In this document: positions 31,626 through 42,441 of the stretch, in pieces
Layout of the letters: the number at the start of each line of letters is the position of its first letter
Position numbering within the stretch: the first letter of the stretch is position 1
Source: Alphaproteobacteria bacterium
Lineage (GTDB): Bacteria > Pseudomonadota > Alphaproteobacteria > UBA828
Direction: 5' to 3'
Length of the DNA stretch: 64,000 nt
Assembly (NCBI GenBank): GCA_965214705.1
Contig: OZ243972.1
Coordinates: forward strand, 320,001 to 384,000
Made by a program: the position numbers and the translations under genes
The notes under the pieces: generated by a model
Seen by the model: only the letters and a program-made list of their open reading frames with translations
What the model was told of the DNA's origin: nothing
Databases searched by the model: none

Positions 31626-32549
31626 ATGATCGACACGACCAGCGCTACCGCATCAGCTTCTTCCACTGCCACGGTCTGCGAGGGCATGGCCCTCTACGGC
31701 GCAGCGCCCGAGCGCGGCGAGCTCGACAGCCGCGTCGTCTGGGACGAAGACGACGCCATCGATGCGCTGAACGAAGCCATCCGCGTCATCGTCGACGGCA
31801 TCACCGTAGACGGCACGCAGATGGCCGACGAGCGCGAGCCCCTGATGTGGGGCCTGACCAACATGCTGCACAGCCAGGTCACACGCCTCGACCGCGCCGT
31901 CGACCGCATCACGCCCGAGATGCGCGACCTCGAGAAGGCGCAGGACGGATCGGAGGTGAAGGCATGGGAGCTGCAGACCATGACTGACAGGGCGCAGAAC
32001 CTCGGCGACAGGCGCGACGCCTTCGAGAAGCTCCGCGACCTCGCCGCCGACGCCTACCGCGTCGAGACCGGCGACACATGGCGCCCGAGGCACGGCTCGC
32101 ACACGAGCCAGACCGGACAGCTCACCTCCGCCGCCATCGACGCGCGCGACTTCCGCAGAGCTCGCAAGGACCGCGAGACGAGGGCGCACCTGCCCGAGGG
32201 CACCCTGGTCGCGATCACCGGCGGCAAGACCGTCGCCGATGCCGACGCGGTCTGGAGCACGCTCGACATGGCGCGCGCAAAGTACGGCGACATGGTGCTG
32301 CTACATGGTGGCGGTCCCGGCGTCGAGAAGATCGCCGCGAGCTGGGCAGAAGCGAGAGGCGTCAACCAGGTCATCTGCCGCCCGGACTGGAATGCGCACG
32401 GCAAGGCCGCGCCCTTCCGCCGCAACGACGAGCTGCTGAACTTCCTGCCCAAGGGCGTCATCGCCTTCCCCGGCAGCGGCATCACCGGCAACCTCGTCGA
32501 CAAAGCTCGGCAGCTCGGCATACCGGTTATGCAGATAAAGGCCGCGTAA
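31626..32549 (+). CDS. DUF2493 (SLOG/YspA-like) domain protein
   Basis: Paralogue of 18056-18982; LLHGGGPG, AAPFRRND. Confidence 0.85.
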   Translation: MIDTTSATASASSTATVCEGMALYGAAPERGELDSRVVWDEDDAIDALNEAIRVIVDGITVDGTQMADEREPLMWGLTNMLHSQVTRLDRAVDRITPEMRDLEKAQDGSEVKAWELQTMTDRAQNLGDRRDAFEKLRDLAADAYRVETGDTWRPRHGSHTSQTGQLTSAAIDARDFRRARKDRETRAHLPEGTLVAITGGKTVADADAVWSTLDMARAKYGDMVLLHGGGPGVEKIAASWAEARGVNQVICRPDWNAHGKAAPFRRNDELLNFLPKGVIAFPGSGITGNLVDKARQLGIPVMQIKAA

Positions 32550-33323
32550 GCAGCGCGCGCCTCGACGAAGCGGCCGATCCCCGATGCGGGATCGGCCGCT
32601 TTCGTCGTGTTTCACGACGGGCATCAACGAGCGTCTGCCTGTGTCCCCCGCCAGACCGCGCACCGCCAACCCGAGTGCGCGCTCGAAGCCCGGCGACGCC
32701 GCGCTTCGCGCCGGCGCCGCTCGCGCTCGCTGCGGCGACCGTGCTTCCCCGCCCCTCCGCCGCCGCGCATCCGGCTCGGCGCTCGTGCGCCGTCGCCGGA
32801 CGATGGCCTCGCAGCAGAGAGGCAGACCGCGGTTCAGTCCGCGAAGATCTGCCCGCAGTCAGGCAGCGCACGCCGTCGCCGGCCGTTGCAGCGGCGCCCC
32901 CATGGACTGCGCGTGCTCCCGCTTGTGCCGGTGAGGACGATCAGGGCGATGAACATGGCCATGGTGCACCGGCGAGTGCGGCCGCCGACATCGTGCCGCA
33001 ATCCATCTTCGACCGCCGAACCGCAAGTCACGCGCGCGCCCTCGGTGTCAGCGCCGTCGCCGATGGCGACGAGCGCCTCCGCGGTTCGACGGACATTGAT
33101 GCCGTCGTGCCTGAACGGCCCGACGTCACCACGTCCGACACTCGTGAAGATCATGGTGATCGGTCCACTGCGCCGACCATGATCGCATGCCCCGGTTCCG
33201 CCGCATTTCCGAACGCCGCCAAGCCAGCGAGAACATGCCCCTGCACGAGCTCGGCAGATCGATCCCCGAGTGCGTCCCGAGCCGTGCCGAGCGCTCCGGC
33301 ATCGCCACACACGGACAACACAA

Positions 33324-35483
33324 CCCAAGTTGGCACTTTTTCCGACCAGCCGAGCCTGTTCGAGCCAGTTTTGCGGCGCTGAACCACTAGATGTTGGGGT
33401 TGGAGGACACCTGAGACCCACATTTGCCATTCGTGGTCCTGGAAGCCAATTGTGGGGCCAGGACTTTGGAGTTGAGTCGATATCCCTCTTGCCAGATGCC
33501 GCGAACGCCGTGTATGCGAAACAGGCATCGCAGAAACGGCGCCGCCATGTACATCAAGGCAACCAGGACACACACCGACAAGGCCGGCCAGCCGGTCCGA
33601 AGCCATCGCCTCGTGCTCGCCCAGCGCGTCGGCGACAAGGTGCGCCACAGGACGCTGCTCAATCTCGGCACCGACTATCCGGTGCCGCGCGAGAAGTGGA
33701 AGGCCGTCACCGAACTCGCCGAGGCGCTGCTTCACGGCAAGCCGCCGCTGTTCGAGGGCGAGGCGGATGTGCGGGCCGCAGCCGAGGACATCGTCGCCAA
33801 GCTCAGGGCCAGGGGGTTCCGCGTCGAGGCGATGCAGGAAGAGGCGCGCAAGCCCGACATCGCCACCGTCGACCTCGATACCCTGGAGCACGAGAACCCG
33901 CGCACGGTCGGCTGCGAGCGCCTGTGCCTCAAGGCCCTCGACGCCCTCGGCTTCGCCGAAATCCTCCACGGCCTCGACATCAAGGGCCGCGACGGGCGCA
34001 TCGCCAGCGCGCTGATCGTCGCCAGGATGGTCCATCCCGCCAGCGAGCGTGATACCAGCCGCTGGCTCCGCCACGACAGCGCGGCCGCCGAGCTCCTGGG
34101 CCTGGAGGGCGACCGCAAGGCGCTGCGGCGCAAGACGCTCTACCGCATCGGCGACCTGCTCTGGCGCCACCGCGCCGCCATCCAGCGGGAGCTGTTCAAC
34201 CGTGAGCGCGCACTGCTCGACCTGCCCGAGACGATCGCCTTCTACGATCTCACCAACGTCCACTACCACGGCCACACGGGCGGCGAGCTTCCCAGGTTCG
34301 GGCGCTCCAAGCAGAAGCGCGACGACTGTCCCCTCATCACGCTGGCGCTGGCGCTCGACGGCGCGGGCTTCCCGCGCAGTTGCGAGATCCTGCCGGGCAA
34401 CGTGAGCGAGCCGGGCACGCTGCACGAGGCGCTGGCGCGGCTCGAGGCGGTGTGCGGCGGCACGGCGCCGAAGCCCACGGTGGTCATGGACGCGGGCATC
34501 GCCACCGAGAAAAACATCGCGTGGCTGGGCGAGCAGGGCTACGACTGGATCGCGGTCAGCCGCGGTGCCAGGCCTGCGCCGCCCGAGGGCGGACCCGAGG
34601 CCCTGCTGATCACCAGCGCGCGCCACGAGGTGCGGGCCTGGCGGCTTGCCAGCGAGGACGGCGAGGCGCGGCTCTACGTCGTCAGCGAGGGCAAGAAGAA
34701 GGCCGAGAACGCGATCATCGGCCTGAGGCGGAACCGCTTCGAGGCGGCGCTGGAAAGGCTCCACGGCGGCCTCCCGGTCAAGGGCCGCCTCAAGCGCTAC
34801 GACAAGGTGCTGGAGAGCATAGGCCGCCTCAAGCAGCGCTTCTCCGCCGTCGCCAGGCACTACGAGATCACGGTCGAGAGGGCGAAAACCGGCCCCAATG
34901 CCACCGCCGTGCGCTTCAAGCGCAGGCCGCGATACGACGAGGCCGATGAGGGCGCCGGTGCCTATGTGCTGCGCACCAGCCACGTCGACTGGGACATCGA
35001 GACGGTCCTGCGGACGTACTGGCGGATCACGGATATCGAGGCGACATTCCGGAGCCTGAAATCCGAGCTCGGCCTTCGCCCGATCTGGCACCAGCTCGAC
35101 CGGCGCATCGCGGCCCACCTGCTGATCGCCGTGCTGGCCTACCACGCCGTGCATCTGATCCGTACCCGGCTGGCCGCGCGCGGCATCCACAAGTGCTGGG
35201 CGTCGATCCGCGAGAGCATGCGGACCTGGGTGCGGATCACCACGCGCCTGCGCCAGACCGACGGCACCTTGATCGTCAACCGCCAGGACACGCGCCCGGC
35301 CGCCGAGGTTGCCGCAATCTCCTCGGCGGCGGGCGTGGACCCCGCCATCCACCGCACGAGGACCCGTCTGATGAGCTGACAGAATCTCACAAAATGTGGG
35401 GCCATGTTGGAATCGACCGAGAAAAATATCGCGTTGAATCAAACCAATAGGGAACACAGGCAGCGGAAAAGTGCCAACTTGGG
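33324..35483 (+). mobile_element. IS1634-family insertion sequence
   Basis: TIR CCCAAGTTGGCACTTTT at both ends; ACAA repeated on both flanks. Confidence 0.88.
33547..35379 (+). CDS. IS1634-family DDE transposase
   Basis: YDLTN, GRSKQKRDD, VMDAG, IEATFRSLKSELGLRPIWH. Confidence 0.92.
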   Translation: MYIKATRTHTDKAGQPVRSHRLVLAQRVGDKVRHRTLLNLGTDYPVPREKWKAVTELAEALLHGKPPLFEGEADVRAAAEDIVAKLRARGFRVEAMQEEARKPDIATVDLDTLEHENPRTVGCERLCLKALDALGFAEILHGLDIKGRDGRIASALIVARMVHPASERDTSRWLRHDSAAAELLGLEGDRKALRRKTLYRIGDLLWRHRAAIQRELFNRERALLDLPETIAFYDLTNVHYHGHTGGELPRFGRSKQKRDDCPLITLALALDGAGFPRSCEILPGNVSEPGTLHEALARLEAVCGGTAPKPTVVMDAGIATEKNIAWLGEQGYDWIAVSRGARPAPPEGGPEALLITSARHEVRAWRLASEDGEARLYVVSEGKKKAENAIIGLRRNRFEAALERLHGGLPVKGRLKRYDKVLESIGRLKQRFSAVARHYEITVERAKTGPNATAVRFKRRPRYDEADEGAGAYVLRTSHVDWDIETVLRTYWRITDIEATFRSLKSELGLRPIWHQLDRRIAAHLLIAVLAYHAVHLIRTRLAARGIHKCWASIRESMRTWVRITTRLRQTDGTLIVNRQDTRPAAEVAAISSAAGVDPAIHRTRTRLMS

Positions 35484-36186
35484 ACAAGTCGCACCTTGTG
35501 TTTCCATGCAAGCGTGCCATAGGAATTTCCCGTGTTCTCCGGCAAACACACCCGAATTCTCGGATCCCTGGCCTCACCAAGCCTCCCCTCGCCCCATAAG
35601 TGGCTGGGCCTGATAGTTTTTCTGCGGACCCTTGGACCTGTCCTACGCCCTCAGGGCGCTTTTACCGTCACACCCCACGCGCCTGAAGGCGCAAAGATGT
35701 TTTCAGGCGACATAGCCTGTCATGGCCGGACACGAGAGGACAGAATCGTAGCGAATCCACAGGCAGTGGCGTTGGAACGAGCGAACTACATTGAAATACG
35801 GCCCCTAGCCACCTGATTGGACGCATGTCTTGACAGGTAGTAATACATTGAAATACGAAGGAGCTTTGCGAATCCAACCGGCGCGTAGTTCTTTGAAACA
35901 CGCGACTTGCAGGGGCTGACAGGGCGACACATGTCCGCAATCCGGAGCACGAGAAGATGAACGCCCAGCGAGATCGCCTTGCGGGAGAACGCTAACGTGA
36001 CGAACAAAAAACGGTCATGGCCAGCGGATTGGCCACCCCGTAGAATGAGAATTTAGACGCGCTCGGCGGAGGCCGACTTCGGGCCACATCGGGGAAGCCT
36101 ACCGGTCGTAGCCACCCAGCCGGGCGCCTGTTGCCGACGGTGAGCTGGGCGACGCGGGATGAGCGCCAGCGTCGCAACAAGTTGGC

Positions 36187-36588
36187 TTGCGCCGATCCCC
36201 AGGCATTTTCACGGCAAGCAAGACAAGACCCCGCTCCAAATCCCAAGTCGATGAAAAACCGGCCGGGATTCGCTCGCCGAGAACCGTCAGATTCACAGAT
36301 GCCGAGTGGGCGAAGGTCCAGCGAGCCGCAGCAGCAGCCAACATTTCGACCGCCACCTTCGCGCGCAACGCCGTCCTGAACGCCGTAGTCGAACCCACGG
36401 AAGCCTCCGACGGCACCCTTCCGCCCGGCATGCTCGAGCGGGTCAAGCGCACTTATCGCAGCGCCTACACCCTTTCGACGCTCATGCGGGACGACATGAT
36501 CCGCGAAGGGCGGCAGGAACAACTCGAACGTACGGTTCAGGCGGCGCGGGATGCCGAGGCTCACGTCCTGGGCGACGCGTCAGAGTAG
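36187..36588 (+). CDS. Ribbon-helix-helix (MobC/CopG-like) protein; start uncertain
   Basis: RTVRFTDAEWAKVQRAA; paralogue of 16347-16721. Confidence 0.65.
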   Translation: MRRSPGIFTASKTRPRSKSQVDEKPAGIRSPRTVRFTDAEWAKVQRAAAAANISTATFARNAVLNAVVEPTEASDGTLPPGMLERVKRTYRSAYTLSTLMRDDMIREGRQEQLERTVQAARDAEAHVLGDASE

Positions 36589-36743
36589 CCCCGTACCGCG
36601 CCTGCTCCGTTCCCGTCGCGGCAGGCGGCAAACGAGAGCTAGAGGAGGGCTTTGGGAAGAGTGAGCAGGGAGGGGGTCGAGAGAGTGTCCCCTGACCCAC
36701 TCGTCACCCATCGTCAGCAACCTGGATGTGAAGGAGACGAACA

Positions 36744-36757
36744 ATGGCCTTCGGTTT
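36744..36757 (+). pseudogene. First codons of a third ssb-like gene, cut by IS66
   Basis: Leader (CCCATCGTCAGCAACCTG...GAAGGAGA) and ATG GCC TTC GGT TT match the leader and start (MSFGL) of ssb at 21792. Confidence 0.6.
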
Positions 36758-36818
36758 GTAACTGCCCAGGTTGTTTCTGGGGATGATTCCGCTGTTGGGG
36801 AGTTCTCGCCGGGTCGGC

Positions 36819-38324
36819 TCACGCGCACTTGACGGTGGCGATGAGTTGGTCCGATGGGCTCATCAGGGCTTCGATGATGTTCCAGCCCTGCTTTCTGGCG
36901 GTGGTGATGACGCTGCGCAGGATGGCGAAGTTCTCGGCCCCCTTCTCGGATCGGAAGCCCCCGGAGATCTTCTGGCGCAGCTTCATCATCCGAAGGTCGC
37001 GCTCGGCCTCGTTGTTTGTGAACCCGACCTCGAGGTCGGTCAGGAACCGGAGCACCGCGCACTTGCGGTCGCGCAGCCTCAAGGCCAGATTGTGACCGAT
37101 CCGTCGTTTCCGGCGTTTCTTCCTCTTGCCAGGCGAGAACGGCGGTTGGCTCTCGTGGAAGGCCAACGCCTCGGCAATGATCTCGTCGTATCGGCGCTCG
37201 ATCAGCGCCGCAAGCCTCGCCGGAACGGCGATATCCTTGTCCTGTGCGATCCGGGCGGCGCGATTTGCCCGGCGCAGAAGCTGCTGCATGTGGCGAGCCC
37301 AGGCCTCCCCTTCGATGTCCACCAGAGCCTGCAACTCCCGCAGGTGATGGGCGTTGCACAGGCTGTGCTCCACACCCTCCATCGTAAAGTACGGCTTCCA
37401 GTGATCGTGAACGACGATGCCGGAAACACCCGAGAGCAAGGCGCCGCGCCTGCCGCTGACCCGGTACGCCGCCAGATGCGGCGTGCAGATCACATGAAGC
37501 CACTGCGTCTGCCCGCCGATCCGGAACCCGGTCTCGTCCATGTGCTTCACCCGCGCCGTGCCCGCCGCCAGATCCTGTATGTGCGAGGCCACGTCCCGCA
37601 GCCGCTCTGCCGCCCTCTCGCTCATCGTCGCCAGCGTCGCAGCCGTCACCGGCGCGCCGAACAGCTCGGCCATCACCTGCGACAGCCGATCCTCCGGCAG
37701 GAAGTGGGCGTGCTGAAGGTAGACCGCCACGCCTGCAATGCGAGGGCCGTACTGCACCGGTGCCGACACCCCGTCGGGGAACGCCGCCCGCGTCACCGTC
37801 CCGCAATGCCCGCAGCACTTGGCATGCGCCCGGTGCTCGGTCACCTCCAGTGGGCTCGGCTCGGGCAGATCGAAGACCTGGCGGGCGACCGGCGTTCCCG
37901 CCTTGGCCGCGTCCGAAAGCGACGAGCCGCATCCCTTGCAGGAAGCCGGCATGTGGTCCTTCACCCGATCCGGGTGATCGCGGTGGCGCAGCGTCTTGCC
38001 CTCATGGCCGGGCTGCCCGCCGGGCTTGCGGCCCGATTTGCCGCGCAGGCTTCGGGTTCGCCGCTTCGACCTCGGCTTCTTCAGCCCATCGCTCGAAGGC
38101 GGCTTGCCACTGTTGCCGCTGTCGAGGCCAAGACGGCGCTCCAACTCCTCGATGCGCTCGACGAGACGCGCGACTTGCTCTTCCAGCCGCGCGTTCTGCT
38201 GCCGAAGCCAAGCGTTTTCCTCTCGAAGCCGGGTGTTCTCCTCTTCCAGATGGGCGATCTTCTGTGCGGGCGTTTCGGGCGCTGCCCCCGTCGAAGGGCC
38301 GCGCGGCGACTCGGGATTGCTCAT
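36819..38324 (-). CDS. IS66-family transposase
   Basis: NSGKPPSSD, MDETG, VHDHW, CNAHHLREL, TNNEAERDLR, QKISGGFRS. Confidence 0.93.
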   Translation of the reverse strand: MSNPESPRGPSTGAAPETPAQKIAHLEEENTRLREENAWLRQQNARLEEQVARLVERIEELERRLGLDSGNSGKPPSSDGLKKPRSKRRTRSLRGKSGRKPGGQPGHEGKTLRHRDHPDRVKDHMPASCKGCGSSLSDAAKAGTPVARQVFDLPEPSPLEVTEHRAHAKCCGHCGTVTRAAFPDGVSAPVQYGPRIAGVAVYLQHAHFLPEDRLSQVMAELFGAPVTAATLATMSERAAERLRDVASHIQDLAAGTARVKHMDETGFRIGGQTQWLHVICTPHLAAYRVSGRRGALLSGVSGIVVHDHWKPYFTMEGVEHSLCNAHHLRELQALVDIEGEAWARHMQQLLRRANRAARIAQDKDIAVPARLAALIERRYDEIIAEALAFHESQPPFSPGKRKKRRKRRIGHNLALRLRDRKCAVLRFLTDLEVGFTNNEAERDLRMMKLRQKISGGFRSEKGAENFAILRSVITTARKQGWNIIEALMSPSDQLIATVKCA

Positions 38325-38373
38325 GCCGCTGTTGAGTCATTTCCCGAAATTCCCGTCAACCCCTTTACGCCAA

Positions 38374-39584
38374 AAGGCTTATCCCCTTGACCCCGGTTTG
38401 ACGACATCTTGTGTTTGGGTTGGCAGGGACGAGTTGTTCGTGTAATGTTCTCGCCATGCCGAGCCGCTGGAAGCACGACCGCCCGATGTCCCGCGCTGCC
38501 TTCGAGGCGCGCTTCCCCGATGAAGAGGCCTGCGCCAGACACCTCGCGGCAAAGCGTTGGCCCGACGGCTTCGTTTGCCCCGCTTGCGGCCATGACAAGG
38601 GTTGGGAGTTGAAGCGTCGCAGGGCGAGTTGGGAATGTGCGGGCTGCGGCAAGGAGACGTCGGTGACCGCGGGCACGATCATGCATCGCAGCCACCTGCC
38701 GCTGAAGACCTGGTTCACCGCCATCCATATGGTGACCAGCCATTCGAACGGCATCTCCGCCCTGCAACTCCAGGCCCAGCTCGGGCTCGGCAGCTACAAG
38801 AGTGCGTGGCTGCTGCTGCACAAGCTGCGTCGCGCCATGGTCGATCCCGACCGCAGCCTGCTTGAGGATCTGGTTGAGATCGACGAAGCCTCGTTGCCGC
38901 AGCGCACCGCGCAAGACCCGCCCACCGGCGGGCAAGGCCGCAGCGCGCAAGGCAAGATGCTCATCGCCGGAGCGGTCGAGCTGTCTCCCGAGGGTGAGCC
39001 GCGCCGCATCCGCCTCGCGCCGATCGTGGATTACTCCGCGCTCAGCCTGCACGCCTTCGTTGCCGCCACCTCGGCGTCGGGCGCGCTGGTGATCACCGAC
39101 GGTTGGAGCGGCTATCCCGGCCTGTCCGGGCACGACCATGAGGCCAGGATCGTCGGCGACACGCCCGCCCATCTCGTGCTGAAGTGGACCCATCGCGTCT
39201 TCTCGAACCTGAAACGCTGGGCGCTCGGCACCTTTCACGGCCTGCGCCGCGCCCATTTGCGCCGTTACCTCGACGAGTTCGTCTTCCGTTGGAACCGACG
39301 CCGCCACACCGACGCCGCCTTCGACACCCTGCTCGGCATCGGCGCCGGCCTTCAACCCGCCAGCTACCGCGACTTCGTCGAACAACGCGCCTGATCCCAC
39401 CGGCCGGTCAACACCGTGCCGCAGCCAGCCATTCCGGCTGTCTCGGAGTCATTATACCGAACTCCGGCACCGCGTGACGGGGCCGGGCAGCGCTCTCGCC
39501 AGTCCAAGATATCACGCGTGCGACGCGCGCCGATGCCGGCGACGATCAACATCTTGCGTCACCGGAACCAAGGGGAGAAGCCTT
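38374..39584 (+). mobile_element. IS1595-family insertion sequence
   Basis: TIR AAGGCTT(A/C)TCCCCTTG; 8-bp TSD TACGCCAA at 38366-38373 and 39585-39592. Confidence 0.88.
38456..39394 (+). CDS. IS1595-family transposase
   Basis: Zn ribbon CPAC...CAGC, VEIDE, TDGWSGY, NLKRW, YLDEFVFRWNRR. Confidence 0.92.
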   Translation: MPSRWKHDRPMSRAAFEARFPDEEACARHLAAKRWPDGFVCPACGHDKGWELKRRRASWECAGCGKETSVTAGTIMHRSHLPLKTWFTAIHMVTSHSNGISALQLQAQLGLGSYKSAWLLLHKLRRAMVDPDRSLLEDLVEIDEASLPQRTAQDPPTGGQGRSAQGKMLIAGAVELSPEGEPRRIRLAPIVDYSALSLHAFVAATSASGALVITDGWSGYPGLSGHDHEARIVGDTPAHLVLKWTHRVFSNLKRWALGTFHGLRRAHLRRYLDEFVFRWNRRRHTDAAFDTLLGIGAGLQPASYRDFVEQRA

Positions 39585-39811
39585 TACGCCAATTCCGCAG
39601 GACTATCCCACGCTCCCCAAATGCGGACGATCCGGGCTGCGTTCGGGCGATTTCGGGTGTTGCGGCTCCCGCGCGATAGCCCGATTCGCAGGCTCACGGT
39701 TCGGGCGAGACGTTGGCTTGGCCGCAATGGGCGTCAGGTGCTGACAGACCGGCGGTGACGAGGCTGCACACCGCCATTGTCCGCCGTCCGGATCGGCCGG
39801 CGTCGTAGCGC

Positions 39812-40464
39812 TCAGGGAGAAAGGATTGCTTCGAAGGCGTCCTCGCGCTGGAGCGCGAAGTGCCGGGTTGCCGAGGCGACGCTGTCGAAGTCGGTCTTGT
39901 GGATGATGAGCGCGATCGCGATGTTGGTGCAGAGCGCGTTGTTCTCGGGCGCGAACCCGGTGCGCGCGAGGCAGGCGTCCTCGGCGAAGAGCTTGTCCCT
40001 GACGTGGTGGTTGACCTCGACGGACCAGTGGCCGCGGTTCCAGGCGAGAAGGTCCTGTGGCGAGGCGCGCTCTGCCGGCACCGAGGTGATGCCGTAGGCG
40101 TGCTCGATGCTGGTCTCGCCTGTGCCGTTGCGCCGTGCGTCGGTGCGCTTGCGGGTGACGCGGAACATCTGCGCGACATGAGGGTAGTTGATCAGGCCTG
40201 GAAGCGGGGTCAGGGTCTCGATGCGGCGTTGCTCGATGCGGCCATGGGCCTTGGCGACATCTTCCTCGAAGTGTCCGCTCGCGTCGCGCTCCCAGTCGAT
40301 GGAGGCGAGGGTCTCGCAGGTCTCGGGCGCGTTTTCCTTGACCGTCATGAGATAGTCGGCGCCGTGGGTTTCCTTGATGGTGCGCGCGGTGTCGCGGGTG
40401 GTGTCGCGGGTGGTGTCGCGGGTGGTGTCGCGGGTGGTGTCGCGGGTGGTGTCGCGGGTGGTGT
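39812..40464 (-). pseudogene. ISAs1 transposase, C-terminal part
   Basis: ADYLMTVKEN, AHGRIEQR, RGHWSVE, RD..FAED; continues ...IDALHTTR from 62341. Confidence 0.85.
40393..40464. repeat. Tandem repeat (CGCGGGTGGTGT)x6 at the left junction of element A
   Basis: Six perfect 12-bp units, in frame with the ISAs1 transposase (TTRD repeats). Confidence 0.95.
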
Positions 40465-40880
40465 GCACTAAATAACGCTATTGCTTAGTGCACGGGGGCT
40501 GACGCAGGGTTGCAGTTTCCTCCTTTATTAAAGTTATACTACAAAAGGTTATGTCTCAAGTCAAGGGTGATTGGAGCGGGGACGTAGGACACATTGGCTG
40601 ATCCTGTGTCTCTCGGCAGTTGCATTCAGGGGAGCCGGCAAGTGGAATTCGTCGTGGAGTAGTGATCTGGTGGCTGTTGCGGGATCGGATCATTCGGTCA
40701 GGACACAAGTATGGCACAGGTTCTTGTGTGCGAGGAATGTCATAGGAGTTTCGTGATCTATTCTACATGCAGGGGTAGCCCCGTGTCCCGGTTGCAGCAG
40801 GTTCCTACGGGCGGCTGGGCCGCGATGAGGGAGGATACCGGCGGACGCCGCCAGCGCGCGATCATGGCCACCGATGCCGA

Positions 40881-41234
40881 GTGGGAGCGGAGTGCGAGAC
40901 AATCCCGCCGCTACCGTGGACTAATTTCTCACCGCCGTTCACACTGTCGCGCCTGCTGAACGGCAAGGCGGGCGTATCGGCGAACATGGCCTTGGCGCTG
41001 GAGGATATCGGCTGGGGAACCGCCGAGCACTGGATGCGGATGCAGGCGAGCTACGAGCTTGCACAGGCGCGCCGCAACCGAGCCGTTGTCGAACGCCGCG
41101 CTGGCGCGCTTCAAGCTTGCCCGAGCGTCGTGCCAGCACTGCCGGACAGGGAGTTGTCCCGCATGCCGCCGGTCATCCGCTTCCTGACAACGGCAGGCTG
41201 CGACACGCCGCGCACCACGCGCGGCGCCGCCTGA
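40881..41234 (+). pseudogene. HigA-like (XRE HTH) antitoxin fragment
   Basis: TLSRLLNGKAGVSANMALALE...WMRMQASYELAQAR; N-terminus and toxin absent. Confidence 0.7.
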
Positions 41235-41426
41235 TGCGCCTGTCGTGGAACGAGGTCCGCCCGAAATCTTGGTGAGCAATTTCCGGACCTTCGAGCTTCA
41301 CGATCTTGACTCGCGCATGGACGCAGCGATGATCGCGTCCACCTTTTTCGCCGCTTAGACGACATGCGCATCGGCAAGGTGAGCATAGCTCGCCATCGTC
41401 CGGTGCTGCCTTAGGAGACAGCCAGA

Positions 41427-42209
41427 ATGCCGATTTACGAGAAAACCGTCAAGGAGCTGATGCACGAGTTCGCGGCCCAGGAATTGGGGCCAGGGAAGGT
41501 CTTCTCTCGTAAAGATGCGATTCGCTGGTTTGCCGAGCACTATCCGAGAATCAAGAGCAACACCGTCGGGTTGCATGTGGACGGCATGTCGGTGAACAAT
41601 TTTACTCAACGTCGGCACAGCCCCCAGATAAAGCCGGACAAGGACTGGGACCTGTTCTACAAGGAGGGCCCGCGCGAATTTCGCTTATGGGATCGCGAGA
41701 ACGATCCAGACCCCCGCTACAAGACCGATCTTGATGCAGATATTGGAGGAAGCGTTGCCAGGGCGGACGATATTGCCGGAGAGACCTCTGAGGAAGACGA
41801 CCCCGGTTCGCGCAAGTTCGCGTTCGAGCGGGACCTTCAGAACTATCTCGTGCAAAATCTCGGACTTTTGGAACCCGGCCTGAAGCTCTACGAAGACGAG
41901 GACGGAGAATTCACCGGCGTCGAGTTTCCCGCAGGCCAGCGCCGCATAGACATTCTCGCGGTCGGTGGCGACAGCGCCTACGTGGTGATCGAGACCAAGG
42001 TGTCCCGCGCCTACGACCGAGTCGTAGGTCAGGTTCTCCGGTATATGGGCTGGATTAAGGAAAACCTCGCTGGCGATGCGCCGGTCAGGGGCGTTATCGT
42101 CGCCAGCGAGATTTCGGAGGACCTCATTCTGGCAACTTCCTCCGTCGAGAACATTAGGCTCGTTGAGTACGAAATTTCTTTCTCCCTTAAATCCGTTTTC
42201 GGGCAATGA
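41427..42209 (+). CDS. NucS-like PD-(D/E)XK endonuclease domain protein with N-terminal HTH-like domain
   Basis: ERDLQNYL, RIDILA, VVIETK, VGQVLRYMGW. Confidence 0.85.
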   Translation: MPIYEKTVKELMHEFAAQELGPGKVFSRKDAIRWFAEHYPRIKSNTVGLHVDGMSVNNFTQRRHSPQIKPDKDWDLFYKEGPREFRLWDRENDPDPRYKTDLDADIGGSVARADDIAGETSEEDDPGSRKFAFERDLQNYLVQNLGLLEPGLKLYEDEDGEFTGVEFPAGQRRIDILAVGGDSAYVVIETKVSRAYDRVVGQVLRYMGWIKENLAGDAPVRGVIVASEISEDLILATSSVENIRLVEYEISFSLKSVFGQ

Positions 42210-42289
42210 CCCGGCATGCCGGTATGTGGTGAAGACGGTCATCAACTGGTTCGCCAGCGCACAAACGCACGCCGGAACTGACGTTCAGA

Positions 42290-42400
42290 GCATCGGCACC
42301 GATTCCCATGGCTGCTGCGATAAAGCCTCCCACTTTCTCCGCCGCCGCGACCAAGTGCGCATCGTCAAGATGGGCGTAGCCTGCCGTGGTCCGGTGTCTC
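42290..42400 (-). pseudogene. C-terminal fragment of a third tyrosine recombinase
   Basis: RHRTTAGYAHLDDAHLVAAAEKVG parallels the MTLRYAH...EAAAERVG tail of the neighbouring integrases. Confidence 0.6.
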
Positions 42401-42441
42401 TCCGCCCTTGACAGTCTTGGGCGCAGACAGACAGCTCCGTC

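Noticed and set aside
40393-40464. CRISPR array
   Set aside because: Spacerless 12-bp tandem repeat.
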